This document shows, piece by piece, positions 33,709 to 42,822 of a stretch of DNA of 64,000 nucleotides (position 1 is its first letter; every line of letters starts with the position of its first letter). This DNA comes from an uncultured bacterium (GTDB lineage: Bacteria; Patescibacteriota; Patescibacteriia; Patescibacteriales; UBA12465). The stretch lies in contig OW818634.1 of the NCBI GenBank assembly GCA_942492765.1, positions 89,159 through 153,158 on the forward strand, given 5' to 3'. Under the pieces are notes generated by a model. The model was not told the DNA's origin, searched no databases, and was given only the letters and a program-made list of their open reading frames with translations. Both the position numbers and the translations under genes were made by a program.

Positions 33709-34695
33709 CTAATGGTTGTAAAATACTTTTTTCGCCTCTTTGACCATCTTGGCGACGCGCCATGGCCGCAAACTGATGACTGTTGCGAATTCAATAGCGT
33801 CAGCGCCGCAAGCTTTGATAGTCTGTACATCTTTGACGGAAAATATACCGCCACTAGCTTTTATAGGAATGCTGATGCCAGCTTTTCTTATCTGCATGAT
33901 TTTACAGCAGACGCCTTCAAATAGAGGTTTGCCGGATAATCCGCCGCCGCCCAATCTTGCTAAGGGAGAGTTTTTTCGCCACCAGAATAGCCTATTCCAA
34001 GGAATGCCCAACCCGATTGTTCCATATTTGATGGTATTAGATATGGTAATCAGATCGCATAATTTTTTTCTCCATAATTCTTCAATAACTTCGTCTGGCA
34101 TTAGGAGATTAATTTTCAAATCTATAACCATATTAAGCTCAATTCTGAAAATTTGGAGTAATTCCAAGATTTCGACGACATGAGAATCAAGAATTTGATG
34201 ATCCTGCTTAGTGTTAGGGCAAGAAATATTTATTTGAATCCAAATCGAAGAGTGAAAACATCTTTGAACCATCGCTCTAATAAGTTCTTCTCGGAATTTT
34301 TTTGTTTCCTCAATCATCTCCGCCGGAGTGTTTCCGACCGGCATGAAGGATATTCCGAACGCCATGCGCTCCAGTGCTTGCCATTTACCAGTTGCTAATA
34401 GCTCTTTGAAGCCCGGACCGCTTAGATTAACCGCATTAAGCATATAGCCCCTGAGCGGGTAAGCCTTGATGCATCTCGGCAATAGTTCTTTCGGAGTGTA
34501 ATCGTCTTTTAACGGGAGATTCCCTGTTCGCGCTTCCCAGGTTGTTGTTTTAGCTACAAATTTCAGACTTTTAAGAGTCTTCTTGAAAGACGGAAAGATA
34601 AAACCATAGATTCTATGATACCAGTATCCTTCTCCAAAAAAACCCAGAGCCCCTGAAGCGGCATTAACATTAAACATTATTCTTTTTATTATCAT
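33709..34695 (-). CDS. Dihydroorotate-dehydrogenase-like (class-1 DHOD/DHPD-type) flavin TIM-barrel protein
   Basis: 328 aa. KTTTWEARTGN, NLSGPG, INISCPNT (Cys-loop of class-1 DHOD type), ISNTI, GGGLSGKPL, SGGIFSVKDVQTIKACGADAIEFATV. Confidence 0.7.
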   Translation of the reverse strand: MIIKRIMFNVNAASGALGFFGEGYWYHRIYGFIFPSFKKTLKSLKFVAKTTTWEARTGNLPLKDDYTPKELLPRCIKAYPLRGYMLNAVNLSGPGFKELLATGKWQALERMAFGISFMPVGNTPAEMIEETKKFREELIRAMVQRCFHSSIWIQINISCPNTKQDHQILDSHVVEILELLQIFRIELNMVIDLKINLLMPDEVIEELWRKKLCDLITISNTIKYGTIGLGIPWNRLFWWRKNSPLARLGGGGLSGKPLFEGVCCKIMQIRKAGISIPIKASGGIFSVKDVQTIKACGADAIEFATVISLRPWRVAKMVKEAKKVFYNH

Positions 34696-34850
34696 GGTTC
34701 TTTTCTCCTTTTTATTTAGTTTATACTATTGTTCTGTTTTTAAGTTACAAATATTCTTTTCAAATTACCATTTTTTATAGATATTTGTCAAATAAAAAGA
34801 CCGGCAATTTAAACCGGGCTTTTATATTTATATTTTTATTTTATTCTTTC

Positions 34851-35567
34851 TTATTTCAACCCGAAAGTGGTTTTAACAGTAATCATAACTTCCTTTTCGA
34901 TATTGGAAGTATCATAAGATCCATAGTCTGAAATATCGATAGAGCCGACGGACATGACTTGCACTACGCCCATAGAAACCGATTTGATAGTATCGACTTG
35001 TTTGCCGCTGCTATCAGCAATTGAGGCGGCGCGGCTTCTAGCATCCTTGATAGCTTCCGGCAATAAGGAAATGCGCAGTTCTGGCAATTTAGAATAATAA
35101 TATTCGACCGGATAAGCGGAAAAGATAACGCCTTTGTCGGCCAGCTGGCCGCTATTCTTGGCTAGTTCTTTCATTTTATTGACGTCATCAGATTTTACTT
35201 CGATATTTTGAGTCAGATTATATTCTTTCGGGGCATTGGCATCATTCTTATAGATTTCGTTCATAAAGACCGGGGAAATTTCAAAATTTTCAAAGCCCTG
35301 GGATTTGAAAAAAGCAGAAACTATCTTTTCATCGCTCTTCATCATAACATAGCCGTCTTTGATCTGGTCTTTTAATATGCTTCTGGAAAAACTGCCGGTC
35401 CAGCGAGCGGAATCAGAAACGACTTTTTGTTTGGCTGAGCCGGAAACAGAGATAAGGTTGTCTAGCTTCTTAACATCCAAAAAAGTCTTGGCGATGATTG
35501 CGCCGGTAATCATCAGACTGATGCCTAGGATCAGTCCGAAAGGCAGAAGTTTGACATTTTTTTCCAT
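34851..35567 (-). CDS. SIMPL (DUF541) domain-containing protein, second paralogue
   Basis: 238 aa. N-terminal TM helix. Pattern similar to the gene at 23352-24092 (LTQNIEVKSDDVNKMKELAKNSGQLADKGV ... EVMITVKTTFGL). Confidence 0.75.
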   Translation of the reverse strand: MEKNVKLLPFGLILGISLMITGAIIAKTFLDVKKLDNLISVSGSAKQKVVSDSARWTGSFSRSILKDQIKDGYVMMKSDEKIVSAFFKSQGFENFEISPVFMNEIYKNDANAPKEYNLTQNIEVKSDDVNKMKELAKNSGQLADKGVIFSAYPVEYYYSKLPELRISLLPEAIKDARSRAASIADSSGKQVDTIKSVSMGVVQVMSVGSIDISDYGSYDTSNIEKEVMITVKTTFGLK

Positions 35568-35630
35568 ATATTTTTATATTAATTTTTATATTTTTGAGCT
35601 AGCCCTTTTTTTCCATTATAGCATTTTTTC

Positions 35631-36914
35631 CTATTTTAGGATATCCTGCCATTTTTTTATCTCGCCGACGAATCTGTCCTTATTTTCCGGCTTGATAGCT
35701 TTTCCGGGCGGTGTTATCTCTTTAAGCGGGTTTATTTTGACCCCATTTTTAACCATTTCGAAATGCAGATGCGGGCCGGTAGAAAAGCCGGTAGAACCGA
35801 CATAACCTATCGTCTGCCCCTGCTTGACTTTAGCGCCCCTCTTAACCGCAAATTTGGACATATGGCCGTAATTAGTCGTATAGGTGCCATTATGCTGGAC
35901 TTTGACCATATTACCATAAGCTCCGTTATAAGAAGCGAAAATGACTGTGCCATCTCCGACTGTGCGGATCGGTGTGCCGGCGGTCGCGGCATAATCGACT
36001 GCCCGATGGCCCGTAGAGACATTGAAAGCTTCTACGTATCTCATTCCCGTGGTAAAGCTGGAGGATATGTATTTAAAGGAGACCGGAGCTTTTAGGAACA
36101 TCTTTTGAGCAGAATTGCCGTTCTCGTCAAAATAGCCGGTATTAGCCTCATCTTCAGAAAAATAATAGACATTATATGGCTGGTCGCCATTGATGTAAGA
36201 GCCCGCGAAGACGCGTCCCGGCATCGCGTACTTGCCATCTAAATATCTTTCTTCATAGACAAATTTGAATTTATCGCCCACGCGCGGATCAAGCGCGAAA
36301 TCGATAGTCCATTGGAAGGCGTCGGCGAGCGCGATGATCGCCCTCTCATCAATATTGTTTTCCAGGGCGGCCGCATACATGGAAGTCTTTACTTCCCCGC
36401 TCTTAACTACGGTTTTAACCTCGTATTCTATCGGCTTGATTTCCGCCTGCCAAGTACTGGAAGCGTTCTTGGCTACGACAAGCTCATCTTCAGAATCGAT
36501 TTTGTAGACAAGCTTATCCAGGCTGGTCCAATTAGCGTCATATATTAATTCTAAAGCATGTCCAGCTCGAATTTTTTCTAGGCCATAGACCGGCGCCGCT
36601 GCCTTAAAGATCTCATTCGCCGTAGTTATCTCTATACCGGCGCCAGCCAGTAGTTGGCCATAGGTATCGCCGCTGTTTATTTCTAAGGCCTTCTTATTTT
36701 CTATAGGCTTGGCCGGCTCATTTTCTTTATTTGTTCGTAATCCCAGATCTGTTTTCAGGATAGATGTTCGCCAAGATACCCAAATTCCTAAGATCAGCAA
36801 TATGGCGATGCCGCTGATAATCAAGAATGGTTTGCTTTTTAAAACGCCTTGGATCTTATCAAAGATGGTTTTTTTGTGAAAAATATTGAGCATATTAATT
36901 TTTTTTATGGGCAA
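35631..36914 (-). CDS. M23-family metallopeptidase (Csd3/OapA-type N-terminal region)
   Basis: 427 aa (or start at 36893, MLNIFHKK). TM anchor. M23 motifs HRAVDYAA and GSTGFSTGPHLHFEM. Confidence 0.85.
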   Translation of the reverse strand: MPIKKINMLNIFHKKTIFDKIQGVLKSKPFLIISGIAILLILGIWVSWRTSILKTDLGLRTNKENEPAKPIENKKALEINSGDTYGQLLAGAGIEITTANEIFKAAAPVYGLEKIRAGHALELIYDANWTSLDKLVYKIDSEDELVVAKNASSTWQAEIKPIEYEVKTVVKSGEVKTSMYAAALENNIDERAIIALADAFQWTIDFALDPRVGDKFKFVYEERYLDGKYAMPGRVFAGSYINGDQPYNVYYFSEDEANTGYFDENGNSAQKMFLKAPVSFKYISSSFTTGMRYVEAFNVSTGHRAVDYAATAGTPIRTVGDGTVIFASYNGAYGNMVKVQHNGTYTTNYGHMSKFAVKRGAKVKQGQTIGYVGSTGFSTGPHLHFEMVKNGVKINPLKEITPPGKAIKPENKDRFVGEIKKWQDILK

Positions 36915-39597
36915 ACCAGGCTTTCACAATCTCTAGCATCAAGATGTTCGCGGCTGACACAGCCGCGACTATTATCCAAGCGCTAGACGCCAGCGGCTCA
37001 GTCTTTAATAATCCATTTAAGACCGGAGTATAGACCGCGGTGGCTAATAGGATAGCGCTAAGGCCGATCGCTATGTATAAATACGGGTTAGTGAGCTGTT
37101 TTATCTTATAGATAGGCAGAGTGAAGCTGCGCAGGCTGAAGATAGCAGTAATGGATTTAGTTACCAATATCGCAATCAATAAGGTCCTAAGATAGGCAAG
37201 GCTCCAGCCTAAATCCGCGAGATGCGTCGCGCAATAATAATAGCCGGCAAACAGCAAGGCCTCTCTAACAAAGCCGACGCCGAACAAGAGCGCTTTCATC
37301 TCTCGATTGAAGATCGATTCATCTCTTTTGATGGGCGGACGCTTCATGACGCCGTCGTCGTTAGTCTCAAACGCCATGGATAAGCTCGGAAAACCGTCAT
37401 TCAATATATTTATCCAAAGGATCTGGGTTGGGAGCAGCGCTAAAGGCAGATTAAAAATGATTGATCCGACGATTAGGATTATCTCAGAAAAACAATCGGC
37501 GATCAGATAAGTCAGAGATTTCCTGATATTATCAAAGATAATGCGGCCTTGCCTGATAGCGCTGACGATGACGCTGAAATTATCATCAAGTAGGACGATA
37601 TCCGCCGTTTCTTTCGCGACTTCCGTGCCCGAGCCGAGACAGATACCGATATCCGCCGTCTTTAGGGCTGGAGAATCGTTCAGGCCGTCGCCGGTCATAG
37701 CTACAACCTCTCCATTCTTTTTCAAGGCATTTACGATGCGCAGTTTGTGATTCGGGCTGACGCGAGCGTAAACCGCGGCAGTCTTGACCAGTTCTCTTAA
37801 CTCGCTATCATTGATCTTTTCCAGAAATTCGCCGCTGATGACACCAGCCGCACCCAAATCCATTCTTAATTCAGTGGCGATGGCTTGGGCAGTGTTCGGA
37901 TGGTCGCCAGTGATGATTATCGGCCTGATTCCGGCTTTCTTGCATAAGGCGATAGTCTTCTTGGCTTCGTGACGGAGAGGGTCCTTAAAGGCCGCAAAGC
38001 CGATGAAGATTAGCTCTTTATCGATCAAGCTCCAGTTCTTCTCTTCGGCCGCTGGATCAAAAGGCAATGATTTCAGATCGCGATAAGCTAGGGCAATGAC
38101 ACGCAGGCCATTAAGGGTTAATTCTTCATAAAGGGCTGAGATCTTTTTTCTATCTGATTGTTCTAATCTTCTGATTTTACCCGCGTCTTCAAGGAAAGCG
38201 CATTTTTCTAAGACGATCTCGCCAGCTCCTTTTTCGTAGAAGCTGAAGGCATTTCCTTTCTTGTGCAGACTGATCATGAATTTCCGGTCGCTATTGAAGG
38301 GCAATTCGCTCAAGCGCGGTTCGTCTTTCATGAGTTCCGGCTGGCTCACGCCCAGATCAAGAGCGACTTTTAAGAAGGAGACTTCGAGAGCTAAGCCAGA
38401 GACCGCCAGTGTTTCCGGATCAATGCTGGCATTATTGCATAAGACGCCGGTCTTGAGAGCCACCATGAAATCTTTCAGTCTAGAAAGGTCTTGGCGGCCC
38501 TCCAGTTTGGCCGGCGCTAGCCGACCCGAGTAGGAAACTATTTCTTCCAGGCGCATCTTCCCTTCCGTTAACGTTCCGGTCTTATCAGAGCAGATGGCGG
38601 TTATTGATCCTAAAGTTTCAGCGGCTAGTAATTTTCTGACCAGAGCTCTTTTCTTGACTATATGTTTCATGCCGATAGCGAGGATGACGGTGATGGCAAC
38701 GGATAATCCTTCCGGAATAGCCGCCGCTGATATGGCGATAGCCGCCAAAAGTATGGTCAGGAGACTCACGCCTTTTAAGACGCCGATTAAGATTATGATT
38801 AAGCAGATAGTAATGACGCTGAGACCGAGCCAGCGAGAAATTCCGTTCAAGCGGGTCTGCAAAGGCGTCGGGCCGCTTTCAGCTTTTTCAACCATTTCCG
38901 CTATCTTACCGACCTCGGTCATGAATCCGGTTGCCGTTACGACAGCATGCCCGTGTCCGCTGATGACGTTCGTGCCGGCATAAACCATGCTTTTGCGGTC
39001 AGCCAGGCCCGTTTGCGGCGCGGAAGGCAGTATGCTTTTAGAAACAGCTAAAGATTCGCCGGTTAAGCTAGCTTCGTTAACCTCCAAGTCAGAATCTTCA
39101 AAGACGCGGGCATCAGCCGAGATAATTTTACCAGCCTTGAGGATAAGCGCGTCGCCAACGACGATATTAGCGGCTGGAATTTCTATTTCCCGGCCGTTGC
39201 GCCTGACGTAAGCCCGGTGCTCGACTATCTGCTTCAGCTTATTCAAAGCGCTATTAGCTTTATCTTCCTGGATGAAGCTGATGATAACGTTGATCATGAC
39301 GGTAGCCGCTATCACTTGAGCGTCGATATGCTCTCCGACGATAAGCGAGATGCCGCCGCCGCCAAGCAGGATATAGATTAGCGGATTCTTAAATTGAGAG
39401 AAGAATATTTTCCAACGGCTATAAGGCTTGGCTTGCGTTAGGATATTGGGACCGTTCTTGATCAGGCGTCTCTTAGCTTCTTCGGAACTCAGGCCGGCCG
39501 GAGAAGAATTGACAAGCTTAAAAACTGCTTCCGGCTTAAGGCCATAGAAGCTTGTTTCTGTTCGATCATCTTTTATCTTGTTTGTTGCCTGCTTCAT
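36895..39597 (-). CDS. Cation-transporting P-type ATPase (P2/Ca2+-type architecture)
   Basis: 900 aa. N-terminus GLSSEEAKRRLIKNGPN, TGES, phosphorylation site ICSDKTGTLTEG, MTGDGLNDSPALK, and 10 predicted TM helices. Confidence 0.9.
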   Translation of the reverse strand: MKQATNKIKDDRTETSFYGLKPEAVFKLVNSSPAGLSSEEAKRRLIKNGPNILTQAKPYSRWKIFFSQFKNPLIYILLGGGGISLIVGEHIDAQVIAATVMINVIISFIQEDKANSALNKLKQIVEHRAYVRRNGREIEIPAANIVVGDALILKAGKIISADARVFEDSDLEVNEASLTGESLAVSKSILPSAPQTGLADRKSMVYAGTNVISGHGHAVVTATGFMTEVGKIAEMVEKAESGPTPLQTRLNGISRWLGLSVITICLIIILIGVLKGVSLLTILLAAIAISAAAIPEGLSVAITVILAIGMKHIVKKRALVRKLLAAETLGSITAICSDKTGTLTEGKMRLEEIVSYSGRLAPAKLEGRQDLSRLKDFMVALKTGVLCNNASIDPETLAVSGLALEVSFLKVALDLGVSQPELMKDEPRLSELPFNSDRKFMISLHKKGNAFSFYEKGAGEIVLEKCAFLEDAGKIRRLEQSDRKKISALYEELTLNGLRVIALAYRDLKSLPFDPAAEEKNWSLIDKELIFIGFAAFKDPLRHEAKKTIALCKKAGIRPIIITGDHPNTAQAIATELRMDLGAAGVISGEFLEKINDSELRELVKTAAVYARVSPNHKLRIVNALKKNGEVVAMTGDGLNDSPALKTADIGICLGSGTEVAKETADIVLLDDNFSVIVSAIRQGRIIFDNIRKSLTYLIADCFSEIILIVGSIIFNLPLALLPTQILWINILNDGFPSLSMAFETNDDGVMKRPPIKRDESIFNREMKALLFGVGFVREALLFAGYYYCATHLADLGWSLAYLRTLLIAILVTKSITAIFSLRSFTLPIYKIKQLTNPYLYIAIGLSAILLATAVYTPVLNGLLKTEPLASSAWIIVAAVSAANILMLEIVKAWFAHKKN

Positions 39598-39598
39598 A

Positions 39599-40858
39599 TT
39601 ATTCTTTTCGTAAAGCGTCTATCGGATTCATCTTAGCAGCCTTCTTGGCCGGATAGACGCCGAAGAAGACGCCGAAGAAGAAGGCAAAACTGATAGAGAC
39701 TAGGAAAGCTCTCAAGGGTACGCGGAACTCCCAAGCTAAACCGGCGAAGCTGGCGCCAAGAGCGATTAGTTTAGCAATAATTACGCCGATAATGACGCCG
39801 ACGAATGCCCCGAAAAGGGTGATTAGTATCGCCTCGACGAGAAACTGGGTCATGATATGGCTATAATTAGCCCCGACTGCCTTTCTTAAGCCGATCTCTA
39901 AAGTTCTTTCGCTGACAATAACATACATGATATTTAATATTCCGACGCCGCCGACGATGAGTGAGATGATGACGATCGCTAGCAAGAGCCAGGTCAGGGC
40001 GTTCGTGACAGTATCAAGTATAGCCATCATCTCTTCCATGGTTGAGACGCGAAAATCGTCTTTAGCCGGATCAGTGATATCGTGATTCTCTCGGACAACG
40101 CGCTTGATTTCCTCGGCGGTGTCAGCTACGCGCTTAGGATCCTGAAAGCGATGAATCATGTACATAAAATAATCTATGCCGACCACTTTTTTCTGCAAGG
40201 TATGGACGGGTACATAGACATAGTCGTCTAAGTCTAGCCCGAGGGTTGCTCCGCGCGAAGCCATGATGCCAATAACGCGGAATTTTGATTTTCTGATAGT
40301 GATATATTGGCCGATGGGATCGCTTTCGCCAAAGAGCTTAGTCTTCATCTTGCTGCCGAGCACGGCGACCTGGCTCAAGGAGTCGTCATCCGCCTGGCTA
40401 TAGAAGAAGCCTCTGTCTATCTTGCTCTTATCAATATCCAAATAACTGGCGCTGACTCCGAAAATATTAGCTTTCCAGGTTTCAGCGCCGACGGTAACCT
40501 TCTCTTGAGCCATGATGACGGCATAGCCGTCCGTGATATTAGGCAGTTTCTTGATATCTTCGAAATCTTCATCTGATAAAGTGGTTATCTGGACTCCGGA
40601 GGCTAATGCCATCGCGCTTTCCGTATCTCCAGAATTCCCTTTCTTGGCTGTCGGCACCTTTATTTCCGTCTCGATGATGTTCGTACCGAAAGCCTCTAAT
40701 TGCGCGACTAACAAGCTCCTAATCCCTTCTCCGGCCGAATAGACGACGATGATGCTGGCAATACCAATCATGACTCCGAGAACGGTTAAGAATGTCCGCA
40801 TCTTGTTAGCGGCCATCGATTTTAAGGCTATCGTTATCGCCGGGATGATCTTATTCAT
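39599..40858 (-). CDS. ABC transporter permease, MacB/FtsX type (paralogue 2)
   Basis: 419 aa. One TM helix, a ~220-aa extracytoplasmic domain, then three TM helices. ERTLEIGLRKAVGA motif. Confidence 0.85.
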   Translation of the reverse strand: MNKIIPAITIALKSMAANKMRTFLTVLGVMIGIASIIVVYSAGEGIRSLLVAQLEAFGTNIIETEIKVPTAKKGNSGDTESAMALASGVQITTLSDEDFEDIKKLPNITDGYAVIMAQEKVTVGAETWKANIFGVSASYLDIDKSKIDRGFFYSQADDDSLSQVAVLGSKMKTKLFGESDPIGQYITIRKSKFRVIGIMASRGATLGLDLDDYVYVPVHTLQKKVVGIDYFMYMIHRFQDPKRVADTAEEIKRVVRENHDITDPAKDDFRVSTMEEMMAILDTVTNALTWLLLAIVIISLIVGGVGILNIMYVIVSERTLEIGLRKAVGANYSHIMTQFLVEAILITLFGAFVGVIIGVIIAKLIALGASFAGLAWEFRVPLRAFLVSISFAFFFGVFFGVYPAKKAAKMNPIDALRKE

Positions 40859-40860
40859 AG

Positions 40861-42108
40861 CTATTCGTAGCTTAAGGCCTCTACTGGCTCTAATCGGCTA
40901 GCTTGGCGGGCTGGGTATAGGCCGAAGATCAAACCGATGAGGGTAGAGACTGACAAGGCGAGCAGCACCGAGGAGACAGAGACGATGAATTGATAATTAT
41001 AACCAAGATTATTGACGACTAGCGAGATGATCCAGGAACCGATAGTCCCTAGCATCGTGCCGGCAGCGCCGCCGATCAAAGTAAGCGTCATCGATTCGAT
41101 TAAGAATTGCCAGATGATGTGGCGGTTATTAGCGCCGACAGCCTTGCGCAAGCCGATTTCTTTAGTCCTTTCGTTAACGCTGATCAGCATGATATTCATG
41201 ATACCGATGCCGCCGACGATGAGCGAGATAGCGGCCATAGCAATCAAGAAGTATTTGAGCGCGTTGGTAATCGTGATGATCATATCGAGCGCTTGCGCCA
41301 TGCTGCGGATGGAAAAATCATCATCTTGGCCGCTAGCATCCTTGATATCATGGCGGTCGCGCAGAACCATGGCCGCATCCGACATGACCTGATCGACATC
41401 CTCTTCACTAACTGCTTTCATGCGGATAAAGCTCAAGTAGTTTACGCCATTAATGAGCTTTTGCGCCGTCTTCAGGGGTACATGGATCTGGTCATCATAA
41501 TCGACGAAGGCGACCTTGCCGCGTGGCGCCATGACGCCGATGACCTCGAAAGATTGCTTCTTGATCTTGATGACTCGGCCGACAGCGTCGGAATCGCCGA
41601 ACAATTCCTGCTTTACGGTCGCGCCGAGCACGGCGACCTTAGCCATATCGCGGTCCTCTTCGGCCGTAAAGAAGCGGCCGACAGCCACGTCTCCACCCTC
41701 GACTTTCAGGTAATCTATAGAACAGCCGTCGATATTAGTTTCATAATTATTCTGTCCCCAGCTGGCAGTGGTCAAGCCGCGCGAATAACCGACGGCCCCA
41801 GAGATATTCGACACTTGCCGGCGTATCGCCGCTAAATCTTCCTCCACTAGTGTAGTGGTCTGGATTCCCATAGCTGAAGCTGGGGCGCTATTGGATTCTG
41901 ATTTTCCCGGCAAGATGCCGATAAGATTTCCGCCCAAGCCTTTTATCTGATCAATAATCAGGCTCTGCGCGCCTGCGCCTAGTGACATGATCATAACGAC
42001 CGCGCCCACGCCGATGATTATTCCCAGCATAGTCAAAAAGCTTCTAGCCTTATTAGTTAGAAGCGCGGCCGTCGATATCTTGATGGATTGGTTCAGAGGG
42101 AAACGCAT
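40861..42108 (-). CDS. ABC transporter permease, MacB/FtsX type (paralogue 1)
   Basis: 415 aa with the same topology. ERTKEIGLRKAVGA motif. Confidence 0.85.
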   Translation of the reverse strand: MRFPLNQSIKISTAALLTNKARSFLTMLGIIIGVGAVVMIMSLGAGAQSLIIDQIKGLGGNLIGILPGKSESNSAPASAMGIQTTTLVEEDLAAIRRQVSNISGAVGYSRGLTTASWGQNNYETNIDGCSIDYLKVEGGDVAVGRFFTAEEDRDMAKVAVLGATVKQELFGDSDAVGRVIKIKKQSFEVIGVMAPRGKVAFVDYDDQIHVPLKTAQKLINGVNYLSFIRMKAVSEEDVDQVMSDAAMVLRDRHDIKDASGQDDDFSIRSMAQALDMIITITNALKYFLIAMAAISLIVGGIGIMNIMLISVNERTKEIGLRKAVGANNRHIIWQFLIESMTLTLIGGAAGTMLGTIGSWIISLVVNNLGYNYQFIVSVSSVLLALSVSTLIGLIFGLYPARQASRLEPVEALSYE

Positions 42109-42821
42109 TATTTTAATAATTCGCCGTCATGAGCGCGGCGGCGATGCGTGATTTTCTCATCGCTAATGATTTCGCCGTCTCTTATCTTGATAATCCTTTT
42201 GGCGTGTTCTGCGGTATAGGTTTCATGCGTAACCAAGATGATGGTGTTGCCCTCGTCATTGAGCTTCTGGAGTATCTCCATGATCTGCGTGCCTGATTTA
42301 GAATCGAGGTTGCCGGTCGGCTCGTCCGCGAAGATTACGCTCGGATTGTTGACGAGAGCGCGGGCGATAGCGACGCGCTGCTTTTCGCCGCCGGAAATCT
42401 GATTAGTGTAATAATCCAGGCGATGGCCGAGACCGACGCTTTCCAAGACCTCTCTGGCGCGCTTGTCAGCGTCTATCTTGTCATCGGAATATATGAGAGG
42501 CAGCTTGACGTTTTCAAGTACGGTCGTGCGCGGCAAGAGATTGAAAGATTGGAAGACGAAGCCGATTTCCTGATTGCGCAACTTCGCTAGGTTGTCATCA
42601 TCTAGATGCGTGACATTCTTCCCTTCTAAAAAATATTGACCCGTAGTCGGGCTGTCTAATAATCCGAGAATATGCATCAAAGTCGATTTGCCAGACCCGG
42701 ATGGTCCCATGATAGAGACAAATTCCCCCTTTGCTATCTCAAAATTTAGGCCGTGCAGAACCGATGTCAGCTCTTCGCCGCTGCCATAATCCTTATGCAG
42801 ATTCTTGATGCGGATGAGCAT
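42108..42821 (-). CDS. ABC transporter ATP-binding protein (MacB/LolD-type)
   Basis: 237 aa. Walker [10 protein letters not shown], signature [15 protein letters not shown], Walker [12 protein letters not shown]. Confidence 0.92.
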   Translation of the reverse strand: MLIRIKNLHKDYGSGEELTSVLHGLNFEIAKGEFVSIMGPSGSGKSTLMHILGLLDSPTTGQYFLEGKNVTHLDDDNLAKLRNQEIGFVFQSFNLLPRTTVLENVKLPLIYSDDKIDADKRAREVLESVGLGHRLDYYTNQISGGEKQRVAIARALVNNPSVIFADEPTGNLDSKSGTQIMEILQKLNDEGNTIILVTHETYTAEHAKRIIKIRDGEIISDEKITHRRRAHDGELLK

Positions 42822-42822
42822 A

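Noticed and set aside
33546-33743. 65-aa plus-strand ORF in the uvrB upstream region (and the minus-strand ORF at 33642..33854)
   Set aside because: They span the uvrB promoter, a bidirectional terminator and the 3' end of the DHOD-like gene. The AT-rich translation shows no signals.
41107-41835. 242-aa plus-strand ORF (also 41012..41392 and 41516..41713) antisense to the MacB-type permease gene
   Set aside because: A shadow ORF opposite a strongly supported CDS. The translation is D/A/R/H-rich with no motifs, and there is no promoter or RBS.
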